A stretch of DNA of 62,598 bases, the filler included. It is 7 parts of 7 records of this genome, joined end to end, with 100 filler letters (N's around TTAATTAATTAA, not from the genome) between each part and the next. Parts side by side here need not be neighbours in the genome. Positions count along the whole stretch, not along the records: positions 47,405 to 56,417 come from DRR723986_9662; positions 56,518 to 62,598 come from DRR723986_9690; 5 more parts are not named here. One strand, given 5' to 3'. The notes under the pieces are model-generated. The model searched no databases and was not told where the DNA came from. It was given only the letters and a program-made list of their open reading frames with translations. Below, piece by piece: positions 48,086 to 57,854 of the stretch. The position numbers and the translations under genes were made by a program. The stretch's first letter is position 1. Each line of letters starts with the position of its first letter.

Positions 48086-49270
48086 ATGCAGGAAGACATC
48101 GTCATCATCGGAGCAGGACAAGCCGGAGCCCAGGTCGCCCAATCCTTGCGGCAGGGCGGATTTGAAGGCCCACTGCGGCTGATCGGCGACGAACCGCATC
48201 CGCCTTATCAAAGACCGCCGCTTTCCAAGAAGTTCCTGGCCGGCGAGATCGGCGCCGAAGGCTTGTGGCTGCGCCCGCCGGCTTTCTTCACCACCAACAA
48301 TATCGACCACATTCCCAATACCAGAGTGGTTGCGATCGACCGTGGCGCGAAGCGCCTGACACTGGCAAACGGCGATACGCTGCCGTATGGCAAGCTGGTT
48401 CTGGCAACGGGCACCAATGCCCGGCTGCTGACGCTGGAGGGTGCCGACAAGAAGGGCGTGGTCACGCTGCGCTCGATTGCCGATGTCAACGTGATCAGGG
48501 ATATTCTGCAAAAGAGCAGCAGTGTCGCCATCATCGGGGCAGGGTATATCGGTCTTGAAGTCGCGGCCGTCGCCAAAAGCCTGGGCAAGGCGGTTACCGT
48601 CATCGAGGCGCAGGATCGCCCGATGAAGCGCGTGGTCAGCCAGGCGGTCTCCGACTATTTCTCCGGCCTGCACAAGGCCCGCGGCATCGAATTGCGCCTG
48701 AACACGGGCATCGAGGCAATTGAGGGTGGTGACAGTGTCACCGGTGTCCGGTTGTCGACAGGCGAGACGGTTCCGGCGGAGCTGGTTCTGGTTGCCGTCG
48801 GTGCAGAGCCCAATGATCACCTGGCCGCAGAGGCGGGCCTGGAGGTCGACAACGGGATCCTGGTGGATGGATGCGGCCAGACCAGCGATCCTGACATCTT
48901 CGCTGCGGGTGACTGTACGCGTTTCTATTCCAACCGCTACCAGCGGTCCGTGCGCATGGAAAGCGTCCAGAACGCCATCGACCAGGCAAAGGCGGTTGCC
49001 CAGGCGCTGCTGGGGCAGGAAGTCGATTACGACCCGTTGCCGTGGTTCTGGTCCGATCAGTACGACATCAAGCTGCAGATCGCCGGTCTGTCGGAAGGGT
49101 ATGACGACACAAAGTTCGTGGGTTCGACCGAGGACAACAAGTTCTATGTCGCCTACCTGCACGATGGCCGGCTAATCGCCGTCGACAGCATCAATTCACC
49201 GCGCTCGCACATGATGGCCCGCCGGGTGATCGGTGAGCCGTGGCGTGATGATCTGCTGCCGGAAGCCTGA
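48086..49270 (+). CDS. Ferredoxin reductase (putidaredoxin reductase-like)
   Basis: IGAGQAG, PYQRPPLSK, IGAGYIGLE, ESVQNA and PWFWSDQY. Confidence 0.93.
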   Translation: MQEDIVIIGAGQAGAQVAQSLRQGGFEGPLRLIGDEPHPPYQRPPLSKKFLAGEIGAEGLWLRPPAFFTTNNIDHIPNTRVVAIDRGAKRLTLANGDTLPYGKLVLATGTNARLLTLEGADKKGVVTLRSIADVNVIRDILQKSSSVAIIGAGYIGLEVAAVAKSLGKAVTVIEAQDRPMKRVVSQAVSDYFSGLHKARGIELRLNTGIEAIEGGDSVTGVRLSTGETVPAELVLVAVGAEPNDHLAAEAGLEVDNGILVDGCGQTSDPDIFAAGDCTRFYSNRYQRSVRMESVQNAIDQAKAVAQALLGQEVDYDPLPWFWSDQYDIKLQIAGLSEGYDDTKFVGSTEDNKFYVAYLHDGRLIAVDSINSPRSHMMARRVIGEPWRDDLLPEA

Positions 49271-49350
49271 ACAACAGGTTTCGATTGGATAGGTGCCGGC
49301 GGGCAACAGGAGGGCGAAGCGCTTCCATTGTCCGCGGTTAGCGCCTGCTG

Positions 49351-50334
49351 TTATTCGACCTTGCCGAATTTCTCCATGAAATAGGCGGTCATTTCCTTGT
49401 TGCGGTCGTACTGGTGCACGATGGCGTAGGGCTGCTTGTCGAAGGTTTTGACCAGCCCGTCCTCGAACACCGGCACGGTTTCCCGCGGCATGCAGAACCC
49501 CGGCGCGTCCGGACCGACATTCGCACTGACCGCGTGCAGCAGCCAGGGAACCTGCCAGTTCACCTTCTCGGCCTTTTCCTTCCAGCCGCAAAAGGTCAGC
49601 AGCTGGTTGAAGGCGGCCTGATCACCGCTCCGTTTGGTCTGGTCGAAGTAATAGACCGCCAGCATGAAATCCATCATCGCCTCGTAGCGGCCGGCGAAAT
49701 AGCCAGCACAGCACACGGGAACCCTGGCCACACGGTCATAGGCATGGCGGCCGTAGGTTTTCAGGACGTTCCGGCGGTTCCAGGGGTCTTCATGGGTGAT
49801 GCTTTCCTCACCGATGAGGAGATCCTTGCCCGGAGCAAGGTTCTCTTCCATCCAGGCGAACGGGTCAGACTGGAAGATGACGTCCCGGGCGTCCGAGAAC
49901 GCGACGAAGCGAACAGGCTCGCCAAGCGCATCGAGATGCTGTTTCACCAGGTGACTGGCATGGAAGAAGCGCCGGTCGTAGATCTTGTCCTTGAAGCGCA
50001 GGACGCGCTTGTTCCAGGTCCAGCGCCTGTCTGTGTAAAGCTTGCCGCCATCGGTATGGTCGGCGATTTCTTCCCGAAGCTGCGAGTAGGAGTAGCGCTT
50101 CTTGCCGGCGTCATGATCGAAGGTGATGACGAGCGAGCCCATGTGCTTCATGTAATCAACAAGGGCTTCGCTGACATTGTAAGCCACCGCGACTGTCCGG
50201 CCGCGATACCCCGTTGCCTTCAGGGAATTGTACCAGGCAGCCATGTGTTTCGGCTCATAGCCCGACACCGCCGTGACGATGACATCGTTGGCTGCTGACA
50301 TTTCGGCTGACATGCGCGCTCCGGCTCGGTTCAT
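49351..50334 (-). CDS. Hypothetical GT-A-like glycosyltransferase
   Basis: FSDARDVIFQSDPF (DxxD), CCAGYFAG, DQAAFN and C-terminal IVHQYDR. Confidence 0.55.
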   Translation of the reverse strand: MNRAGARMSAEMSAANDVIVTAVSGYEPKHMAAWYNSLKATGYRGRTVAVAYNVSEALVDYMKHMGSLVITFDHDAGKKRYSYSQLREEIADHTDGGKLYTDRRWTWNKRVLRFKDKIYDRRFFHASHLVKQHLDALGEPVRFVAFSDARDVIFQSDPFAWMEENLAPGKDLLIGEESITHEDPWNRRNVLKTYGRHAYDRVARVPVCCAGYFAGRYEAMMDFMLAVYYFDQTKRSGDQAAFNQLLTFCGWKEKAEKVNWQVPWLLHAVSANVGPDAPGFCMPRETVPVFEDGLVKTFDKQPYAIVHQYDRNKEMTAYFMEKFGKVE

Positions 50335-50443
50335 ACAGGCCCCGCCGTCCGACCGGCCGGGTTTCGGCCTGCTACCTATCCCAAACCGCGCCGGGGGGCC
50401 AGATCGCGGTGAAACTTTCTGGTATTCCAGATGTTGGTCCGCG

Positions 50444-51238
50444 TCAGCAGCCAGCGTTCTGAAGGATGAGCCGGGTCACTTCCTTGGGCAGTTCCAGATG
50501 CAGCATGTGGCCGGTTCGTTCGAATATGTGCGTGGCAACGACGCCCGGCAGCTTGTGGGCCTGGCGCGTCGGCAGGACACGATCCTGTGTGCCCCAGAGG
50601 ACCTTGATCGGCATGGGCAGGGCTGCCAGTTCGTCGCGCGGCAGGGTCTTTTGAACGCTGCCGTCGATGATCTCGTCCGCGATTGCCTCCAGTGTCGCGG
50701 CCGCGCCCGGGCGCGCGCGGCTTTCGGCAGCCGTTCTGGCGAGGAATTTCGGCAGTTTGAACTCCCAGCCGAAGAACTGCTCCAGCAGGGTTTCCATGGT
50801 GTCGGCATCCGTTGCAGCCGCATAGCGACGCAACAGACGGTGATTTATTTCGGAGCCGAAGCCGCCCGGTGCCAGCAAAGTGAGGCTGGCCACCAGATCA
50901 GGATTGCGCAGGGCAATCAGCGCGGCCACTGCGCCGCCCATGGAATGGCCGACCAGATGGACCCTCGTCAGCTCGAGCGCCTCCAGAGACTGCCCGACAG
51001 CTTTTGCGGAAACGCCCGCATTGCCGATCCGCGGCCAGTCCAGCGCCTCGCCGTGCCCCGGCAGGTCGAACGCGATGGAGCGTTTCTTCGAAGCCAGTGC
51101 CGTCTGTATGTTGAGCCAGGTTTGCCGGTCGCCGCCGAAGCCGTGCAGCAGCACGACCGGAGCACCGTTGTCAGGGCCGGTGGCTTCCTGGTCTCTGAAA
51201 GGCAGATGGGAAGGGGCGTCGGGACGTAGATCGGTCAT
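50444..51238 (-). CDS. Alpha/beta hydrolase (AcoC C-terminal domain-like)
   Basis: LHGFGG, DLPGHG, GHSMG, WGTQD and GHMLHLE. Confidence 0.92.
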   Translation of the reverse strand: MTDLRPDAPSHLPFRDQEATGPDNGAPVVLLHGFGGDRQTWLNIQTALASKKRSIAFDLPGHGEALDWPRIGNAGVSAKAVGQSLEALELTRVHLVGHSMGGAVAALIALRNPDLVASLTLLAPGGFGSEINHRLLRRYAAATDADTMETLLEQFFGWEFKLPKFLARTAAESRARPGAAATLEAIADEIIDGSVQKTLPRDELAALPMPIKVLWGTQDRVLPTRQAHKLPGVVATHIFERTGHMLHLELPKEVTRLILQNAGC

Positions 51239-51291
51239 GTCGGTCTTTGCTTGTCGGTGGGATGAGGAAATACCTGCCGGACGGGCGGCTT

Positions 51292-52491
51292 TCAGAAAAG
51301 CCGGTCCAGGGTAAACAGGGGTTGGGGGTCGGTGAAGCCGTTCAGTTCGAACGACCCGGCCGGTTTTGATCGTTCGCTGGCGAAGCGGGCGACGTCTTCG
51401 GTCATCAGAACGTCGGCGCCGACGGTCTTGGTGAGGCTTTCGATCCGTGCAGCCGCATGGACCGTCTGGCCGATCACCGAAAAGGTGAGCCGGTGCGGGA
51501 CGCCAATATTGCCGAACATGACGGAGCCGACGGACAGGGCGATGCCGGCCTTTAGAACGTGTGGCAGCGCCGGGTCGGCGTTGATCGTTTTCAGACGGTT
51601 CCGGCTTTCATCCGCGGCCGACAGTGCCTGTGCGACCGCCTTGTCCAGGCTTTGTGCGCCTATGGGAAAGACGCCCAGAACGGCATCGCCGATAAAATCG
51701 AGCACTTCGCCGCCTTTTGCTAGAATCGCTCCGGCTGTCGCGTCGAAATAGGTGTTCAGAAACGACAGGTAGGCATCGGGACCAAGCAGTTCCGCAATCG
51801 CGGTCGAATTGCGCATGTCGCTGAAATAGATCACCGCATCGACGGTCTGGCCGTCGCCATGGCGGATCTGGCCGCTGAGCACCTTGTTGCCGGCGATCTT
51901 GCCGAGATACGTCTCTGCGATCGTCTGGTTGATTTGCCCCTGAATGGTGGCGCGCGCCGCCAGGGCAAAGCGTTTTTGAATGTAGCGGATTGCGGTCAGG
52001 GCATCGTCGGAAAATCCGTCGCTTTCCCGCGTTGCCCAGCTGATCACGATGCCGGAGGTGGCAATCTGGTCCTTGATGGTCGGCAGGTCGAATTCGGTCG
52101 CGATGACGATGTAATCGGAGTACCCGCTTTCCTTCAGCCGAACGAGCAAGGGAAACTCGAGCGGGGCATTGGCATTCGTGAGGCGCCGTCGCAGGACGGA
52201 TTCCTGGTTGACCAGCACGGCACGGACGGGACTTTGCAGCCACTCGTCTGTTTCTTCGGCATTGTGGGCAATCTGCTCGCGCTGGATTTCGGTGCCGTTT
52301 TCCCAGATGGCGGCTTCCGCCTCGATCAAGGGATGAAGGGTCGACCAGCCGATCATGGCGCGGTCCACAGGAACCTCGCATGCGCGCAGGCGCTCGCACA
52401 TCTCTCCGAACATCGACCCCAGATCGGGCGAGCCAAGAGACTGGTCGATCAACCAGTCTTCCACGCCGTCGATTTCCGCCATACTGATCAT
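51292..52491 (-). CDS. Class III nucleotidyl cyclase with N-terminal GAF-like region
   Basis: YFSDMRNST, FIGDAVL, FGNIG and VIGQTVHAAARIE. Confidence 0.88.
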   Translation of the reverse strand: MISMAEIDGVEDWLIDQSLGSPDLGSMFGEMCERLRACEVPVDRAMIGWSTLHPLIEAEAAIWENGTEIQREQIAHNAEETDEWLQSPVRAVLVNQESVLRRRLTNANAPLEFPLLVRLKESGYSDYIVIATEFDLPTIKDQIATSGIVISWATRESDGFSDDALTAIRYIQKRFALAARATIQGQINQTIAETYLGKIAGNKVLSGQIRHGDGQTVDAVIYFSDMRNSTAIAELLGPDAYLSFLNTYFDATAGAILAKGGEVLDFIGDAVLGVFPIGAQSLDKAVAQALSAADESRNRLKTINADPALPHVLKAGIALSVGSVMFGNIGVPHRLTFSVIGQTVHAAARIESLTKTVGADVLMTEDVARFASERSKPAGSFELNGFTDPQPLFTLDRLF

Positions 52492-52550
52492 GGCGCCAAG
52501 TTAGTGTTGTTTTCGTCCGGTTTCCAGACGGCTTGTGCCAGCGTTTGCGA

Positions 52551-54071
52551 TTAATTCGCCGGTTCGAAAACCACCTTGCCAGGCGGGACGATGACCCAGT
52601 TGACCGTGACGTCGGGAATGCTGCCGGAGGTCAGGTAGGCGAACGTTCGCGACCCTTCGCGGACAGCATCCGGATAATAGCGACGGATTTCCTCAATCGG
52701 TGTTTCCCGGTCGCCTCGCCAGACGATCATCAGACCCTTTTCCTGGACATCCTTAGGGTCAATCCAGGGGCTGAGGGTCCGGTCATGCAGATAAAACATC
52801 GACGGGCGGCTGGCGGCCTGTGTGGTGACGTTGGCTGCCGACCACATATCGCCGGCCACATAGGCAAGATCGGTGCCCATGTGCTCCTTCCAGACGCGTG
52901 CCATGTCTTCAGCGATCGCCTTGCCGGGATAGTGGAGCCGGGTCTGCTTATGTTTCCAGTGCGGCTCCAGAACCGCCTGCCCGAACAGGATGCCCAGGAA
53001 AATCGCCTGGATCGCAACGGCGGCAACGAAGGCGCGGGCGGGAAAGGGCCAGAGTTGCGGTAGCGCCAGAAACCGCACCGCCAGGATGCCGGACAGCACG
53101 AACATGGGCGTGCCCCACATGTGTTCGAACTCGTTGCCGGTAACGGCTGATGCAATCAGAACAACTGCAAGCGGCAGAACGGCAAACCAGAGCAGAAAGC
53201 GGTCGGAAGATGTGGCCAGGGGCGTGGCGACTTCGCGCCTGCGCAGGCGAACCTGTTTCAGGCCGTGCGAGCCAAGACCGGCCAGAAGCACAAGGAACAG
53301 GCCGGCGTGATTGCCGATCTGAGCTGCCAGGAAGTTCAGCGGATTGAACAGGTGGTCGACAAAACTGTCTGCTGGATTGCTGCGGCTGGCGGCGTAGCGC
53401 AACGTCAGGAAATCCGTTTCCAGAAGCCATGCCGCGTGTGGCACCAGCAGGGCAAGGCAGACGGCTATCGTCACCCAGGGGCCCGGGCGCAGGATATGCC
53501 GCCGGGCATCGGCGAAGACCAGCGCGTAAAGTCCGATTGCACCGATCAGGAGCAGCACGAAATATTTCGTGTAAAGGCCAAAGGCGGCGAGGGTGCCAAG
53601 CAGGACCCAGTCGAGCAGGCGGCCTTTGTCCACTGCCCGGTGAAACAGCAGCATCATGCCTGCCCAGATGGGGATCTGCAGGATGTTCGGGTTGAATTCC
53701 GGCAGGGGCAGCGTGAAGTAGAAGGTTACGCTGGTCAGCACGAGAGACCAGAAGGACTGCTGGCCGGAAAGTCCGAGACGGCGAGCGAGCCGCCAGATGA
53801 ACAGATAGCCAAGGGCAACCGAAAGCGCGCTCAGCCAGTACCCGCCACTGAGGCCTCCCGTGAGACGATAGGTGAGCTCCAGAAGCCAGGCCTGCATCGG
53901 TGGATGTTTGGTATATCCGAGCTGAAGTTCCCGGCCCCAGGCAAAGCCTTCAACCACGTCAAGCGGTGGGTTGGGAAAAGTCAGGGCCGGTATCAGGGCA
54001 TAAAGCAGGCAGAGGCCGCCAGCGTAATAGAGGGCCGCCCTTGAAGGAGCGTTTTCGATCAGACGTATCAA
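52551..54071 (-). CDS. GT-C fold (ArnT/PMT_2-like) glycosyltransferase
   Basis: Multi-TM protein with DVVE..WG..LQLGYTKHPP and GLYTKY. Confidence 0.88.
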   Translation of the reverse strand: MIRLIENAPSRAALYYAGGLCLLYALIPALTFPNPPLDVVEGFAWGRELQLGYTKHPPMQAWLLELTYRLTGGLSGGYWLSALSVALGYLFIWRLARRLGLSGQQSFWSLVLTSVTFYFTLPLPEFNPNILQIPIWAGMMLLFHRAVDKGRLLDWVLLGTLAAFGLYTKYFVLLLIGAIGLYALVFADARRHILRPGPWVTIAVCLALLVPHAAWLLETDFLTLRYAASRSNPADSFVDHLFNPLNFLAAQIGNHAGLFLVLLAGLGSHGLKQVRLRRREVATPLATSSDRFLLWFAVLPLAVVLIASAVTGNEFEHMWGTPMFVLSGILAVRFLALPQLWPFPARAFVAAVAIQAIFLGILFGQAVLEPHWKHKQTRLHYPGKAIAEDMARVWKEHMGTDLAYVAGDMWSAANVTTQAASRPSMFYLHDRTLSPWIDPKDVQEKGLMIVWRGDRETPIEEIRRYYPDAVREGSRTFAYLTSGSIPDVTVNWVIVPPGKVVFEPAN

Positions 54072-54074
54072 GGG

Positions 54075-54506
54075 TCAGGTCTCGGCTGGATGGTGCGAGA
54101 AGGCCCAGAGCCGGGCTCCGGCAAAGGAAAGGGCTGGCACGATCGCGATGGAAAACAGGAGGCCGATGAGATCAGGCCAGGGGGTCAGGGTCAGCCACAG
54201 GGCCAGAACGGTGGTGTTCAGCAGGAAGCCGGAGACGGCAATCACCAGGAACCGCACCATGCTTCTGATTGCGGTGCCCTTCCGGCGCAGGTGCGAGAAG
54301 CTCCAGAAATAGTGACCGGTGAAAGAGACACAGAAGGCGACCAGGAAGCCGCAGATATTGGCCGGATAGGCCGGAAGCATTCCAGATTGCAGCAAGCTGC
54401 CCGCCACAATGGCATGGGTCAGCGTCGCCAGCACGCCGATCACGGCGAATTTGCCGGCGGCAGCGGTTTCTGTCTTCAGCTTGCCGTGGCGAATTTCAGG
54501 CGCCAT
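54075..54506 (-). CDS. GtrA-family flippase
   Basis: Four TM helices; KFAVIG, AN..GF, FWSF, RF and LWAF. Start MAPEIRHG overlaps the upstream stop. Confidence 0.88.
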   Translation of the reverse strand: MAPEIRHGKLKTETAAAGKFAVIGVLATLTHAIVAGSLLQSGMLPAYPANICGFLVAFCVSFTGHYFWSFSHLRRKGTAIRSMVRFLVIAVSGFLLNTTVLALWLTLTPWPDLIGLLFSIAIVPALSFAGARLWAFSHHPAET

Positions 54507-55539
54507 TGGCGGCGTCGTCCGTTTGCTTCGCGGATTGAGGTGTGTTGCCGCCTTCGATGACATCCTGAACGATGAAGACCGGCCGCTGTTTCGCTTCGTT
54601 GAAAAGCCGCGCCACATATTCGCCGATCATGCCGATCGACAGCAGTTGCACACCCGAGAAGAACAGAAGCGCGACCATCAGCGATGCGTAGCCCGGGAGA
54701 TCGATGCCTTCGATGAGGACGCGTAACGTCAGATAAAGCGCATAGGTGAAGGCGCCGACAGAGATCAGGGCGCCGCCATAGAACCAGACCCGTAGCGGGA
54801 GCGTTGTGAAGCCCGTGAGGCCGTCCAGCGCAAAGTTCCAGAGCTTCCAGTAATTGAACTTGCCCGCCCCCGCCAGGCGAGGAGGGCGCTCATAGGGCAG
54901 TGCCATGGCCGGAAACCCGACCCAGGCAAACAACCCCTTCATGAAGCGATTACGTTCCGGCAGGCGCAGCAATGCATCGATAACGCAGCGGTCGATCAGA
55001 CGGAAGTCACCGGCGTTCGCGGGCATGTCGATATTGGCCAGGCGGTTGAACAGGCTGTAGAACATGCCCGCCGTGGACCGCTTCATGAGCGTGTCGGAAG
55101 ACCGGTCGACCCTGAGGCCGTAGACGACATCATAGCCCGCGCGCCATCCGTCCAGCATCTGCAAAATGAGCTCCGGCGGGTCCTGCAGGTCAGCGTCGAT
55201 GATGACACCGATGTCTCCTTTCGCCGCCTCGAGCCCTGCAGAAAGTGCAGCTTCCTTGCCAAAATTGCGGGAAAGGCCCAGAAGCCGTCCCGGCAGGCCA
55301 TTTGCAAGCTCCTCCGACAGGATGTCCGCGGTCCTGTCACGGCTGCCGTCATCTATGAAAACATATTCGTAACGAAGGCCGCTTCGCTCGAGCACCGGCC
55401 GGGTCGCCCGCAGGAAGTGGAGGATGACCTCCTCTTCGTTAAAGACCGGTACGATGACGCTGAGCAGCGGTGCCTGCGGGCGGGCGTTTTCCCGCCGGGT
55501 GACATAGACAGTGTTAGCCGCTTTGGTGTGCATGAACAT
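54496..55539 (-). CDS. GtrB-like GT2 polyprenyl-phosphate glycosyltransferase
   Basis: VPVFNEE, IDDGSRD, LSRNFGKEAA, DADLQDPP, GDFRL and two C-terminal TM helices. Confidence 0.93.
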   Translation of the reverse strand: MFMHTKAANTVYVTRRENARPQAPLLSVIVPVFNEEEVILHFLRATRPVLERSGLRYEYVFIDDGSRDRTADILSEELANGLPGRLLGLSRNFGKEAALSAGLEAAKGDIGVIIDADLQDPPELILQMLDGWRAGYDVVYGLRVDRSSDTLMKRSTAGMFYSLFNRLANIDMPANAGDFRLIDRCVIDALLRLPERNRFMKGLFAWVGFPAMALPYERPPRLAGAGKFNYWKLWNFALDGLTGFTTLPLRVWFYGGALISVGAFTYALYLTLRVLIEGIDLPGYASLMVALLFFSGVQLLSIGMIGEYVARLFNEAKQRPVFIVQDVIEGGNTPQSAKQTDDAANGA

Positions 55540-55586
55540 TCGTTAGCCGGTTGAAGTCGGCGGCAACCTGCCGGAATTTCACGAAA

Positions 55587-55615
55587 AAGGCCAGCCCTTT
55601 GACGAGGCTGGCCTT
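55587..55615 (-). terminator. secA terminator
   Basis: AAGGCCAGCC...GGCTGGCCTT stem, followed by a T-run on the minus strand. Confidence 0.8.
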
Positions 55616-55642
55616 CTTGATGGTCAATTGTTCCGATTGCCG

Positions 55643-56417
55643 TCAGACAAGCACGCCGTGGCAGTGCTTGAACTTCTTGCCGGAGCCGCAAGGGCAGGCC
55701 TCGTTGCGGCCGACCTTGCCCCAGGTCGCAGGGTCTTCCGGGTCACGCTGCGCCGGAGGTACCGGAAGCTGGGCGTCTGCCATGGCCATCTCGTCTTCCC
55801 CGGTCAAGGGATTGATGTGATGAGCATGCATTTCCGGCTCGGCCGGCATCTGCGGTGCCTGTTCCGTTACCAGTTCGACCCGCATCAGCTGCGCGGTCGT
55901 CATCTGGCGCAGCTGGGTCAGCATGGATTCAAACAGCGTGAACGCTTCGGTCTTGTATTCCTGCAGCGGGTCGCGCTGGGCGTAACCACGGAACCCGACG
56001 ACAGACCTCAGGTGATCGAGATTGGCCAGGTGTTCGCGCCACAGGTTGTCGAGCGTCTGTAGCAGCACGGCCTTTTCGACCTGACGCATGATGTCCGGGC
56101 TGTATTTGGCAACCTTCTGCGCCATGCCGGCGTCGGCCGCCTTGCGCAGGCGGTCCTTGACCTCTTCGTCGGCAATACCTTCCTCGGCCGCCCAATCCTT
56201 GATCGGCAGATCCAGGTTCAGATACTTGCGGACTTCTTCCTGAAGGCCCTCGGTATCCCACTGCTCCGGATAGGCGCGCTCGGGAATGTGCGCGGATACA
56301 AGATCGTCGATCACGTCGTGACGCATGTCGGAAACCGCGTCCTGGATCGCTTCACTGTCCATCAGCTCGATACGCTGATCGAAGACCACCTTACGCTGGT
56401 CGTTCATCACGTCATCG
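55643..56417 (-). CDS. secA: Preprotein translocase SecA, C-terminal part
   Basis: [13 protein letters not shown] and the SEC-C motif [21 protein letters not shown]. Confidence 0.98.
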
Positions 56418-56517
56418 NNNNNNNNNNNNNNNNNNNNNNNNNNNNNNNNNNNNNNNNNNNNTTAATTAATTAANNNNNNNNNNNNNNNNNNNNNNNNNNN
56501 NNNNNNNNNNNNNNNNN

Positions 56518-56547
56518 TCGGGGGTTCGAATCCTCCTCGGTCCGCCA
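56518..56547 (+). tRNA. 3' portion of a tRNA (probably Ser), truncated by the contig start
   Basis: GGGGGTTCGAATCCTCC T-arm followed by TCGGTCCG-CCA, with a G discriminator. The anticodon is not visible. Confidence 0.75.
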
Positions 56548-56557
56548 GAATTTCCCG

Positions 56558-56587
56558 AAACCGCGCCGGTCACCCCGGCGCGGTTTT
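56558..56587 (+). terminator. Intrinsic terminator after the tRNA
   Basis: AAACCGCGCCGG-TCACC-CCGGCGCGGTTTT. Confidence 0.85.
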
Positions 56588-56717
56588 CGCTTGTTCGGGG
56601 GGCAGCGTCAGGGTCGTGCGGTCAGGGGCTTCCTCCGGTCGGGGCCGGAGGTCCTGACTGTCGCAAAACCGTCATGCCGGGGCGGCATGGTCACGGGATG
56701 ATTTCGGAGGGCGCCTC

Positions 56718-57179
56718 TTGCCTCGGGTCGGTGAACAGATCGCGGCCTTGCCGATCCGCCGGGATGGCAGGGACAGGGTCAAGGTCCTGATGGTCACCTC
56801 GCGCGATACCGGGCGCTGGGTGATGCCGAAGGGCTGGATGATGGACGGCACGAAGCCCTGGGACGCCGCCGCCATCGAGGCCGTCGAAGAGGCTGGCGCG
56901 CAGGGCCATGTCGGCACCGAGGCGATTGGCCTCTACCGCTATCCCAAGATCATGGACGACGGCAGCATCCTGCCCTGCGTGGTGCGGGTCTATCCTCTGG
57001 TCGTCGAGAGGCTGCTTCGGAACTGGAAGGAGCGCGGGCAACGCCGGCGCAAGTGGTTCTCTCCGAAGGCTGCGGCCAAGCGCGTGGCCGAAGAGGATCT
57101 TGCCGTGCTTCTGCTGACCCTGCAGGACCGCCCGCAGGAGCAGCCGGTGATCCGCGCCCTGCTGAAGGGCGGCCGTTAG
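56718..57179 (+). CDS. NUDIX hydrolase
   Basis: TSRDTGRWVMPKG...AAAIEAVEEAG (Nudix box). Confidence 0.9.
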   Translation: MPRVGEQIAALPIRRDGRDRVKVLMVTSRDTGRWVMPKGWMMDGTKPWDAAAIEAVEEAGAQGHVGTEAIGLYRYPKIMDDGSILPCVVRVYPLVVERLLRNWKERGQRRRKWFSPKAAAKRVAEEDLAVLLLTLQDRPQEQPVIRALLKGGR

Positions 57180-57341
57180 GGCTGCGGCATGCTTGCGGAT
57201 TGCGGCTCCGGGGAGAGGCCCGGGCTGCGGCTGCGATGTGCCCGGAAGGCGCCCTGTAAAGGCTCAGGCCGGGGAGAGGTGCCCGCAAGCGTCGCGCAGA
57301 GGTTCAGGAAAAGTGCCGGGTCCGCAAGCGCCGTAAGGTAC

Positions 57342-57845
57342 TCAGGCCGGGAGGAAGCGTCCGTAGTCGCCGGCGCTGAAGACCAGCGGCTCTCCGTCGC
57401 GGGTGGTGACGCGCGAGACCTGCCCGATCACGACGGAGTGGTCGCCCGCGTCGTGGACCGCCACGCGGCGGCATTCGAACCGCGACAGGCAGCCGTCCAG
57501 CATCGGCGCGCCGTCGTCGTTGTAGGTCCAGTCGTAGCGGCCGAAGGCGTCGCCCTCGCGGGCGAAGTCGAAGCACAGGTCGACCTGATCGGCGGCGAGG
57601 ATGTGGATCGCGAAATGTTCGGCCGCGATGTAATGCGGGTAGCGGGTGGACCGCTTGGCCGGCGACCACAGCACCAGCGGCGGGTCCAGCGAGACGCTGG
57701 AAAAGCTGTTGGCGGTGATCCCCAGCGGCCCGGAGGGCGTCGCGCAGGTGATGACGGTCACGCCGGTCGCAAACCGCCCGAGGGCATCGCGAAAGCTGCG
57801 GGGATCCGCTTGGGCCGGATCGAAGGAATGGGGCATTGCGGTCAT
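57342..57845 (-). CDS. smoA: Flavin reductase (SmoA-like)
   Basis: FRDALGRFATGVTVIT, SVSLDPPLVLWS and GDH. Last gene of the monooxygenase operon. Confidence 0.82.
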   Translation of the reverse strand: MTAMPHSFDPAQADPRSFRDALGRFATGVTVITCATPSGPLGITANSFSSVSLDPPLVLWSPAKRSTRYPHYIAAEHFAIHILAADQVDLCFDFAREGDAFGRYDWTYNDDGAPMLDGCLSRFECRRVAVHDAGDHSVVIGQVSRVTTRDGEPLVFSAGDYGRFLPA

Positions 57846-57854
57846 GTCCGGGCC

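Noticed and set aside
47714-49162. 482-aa minus-strand ORF and similar long antisense ORFs (17242-18351, 49414-50298, 60658-61788)
   Set aside because: Each mirrors a well-supported gene on the opposite strand, as expected from codon bias in GC-rich DNA.
56518-56547. tRNA fragment as an att site of an island carrying the smo genes
   Set aside because: It is cut by the contig start, followed by a normal terminator, and no integrase or second copy is present.
57263-57351. Short duplications CTCAGGCCGGG and CCGCAAGCG near the smoA stop
   Set aside because: Only 9-11 bp in very GC-rich DNA; compatible with chance or a trivial local duplication.
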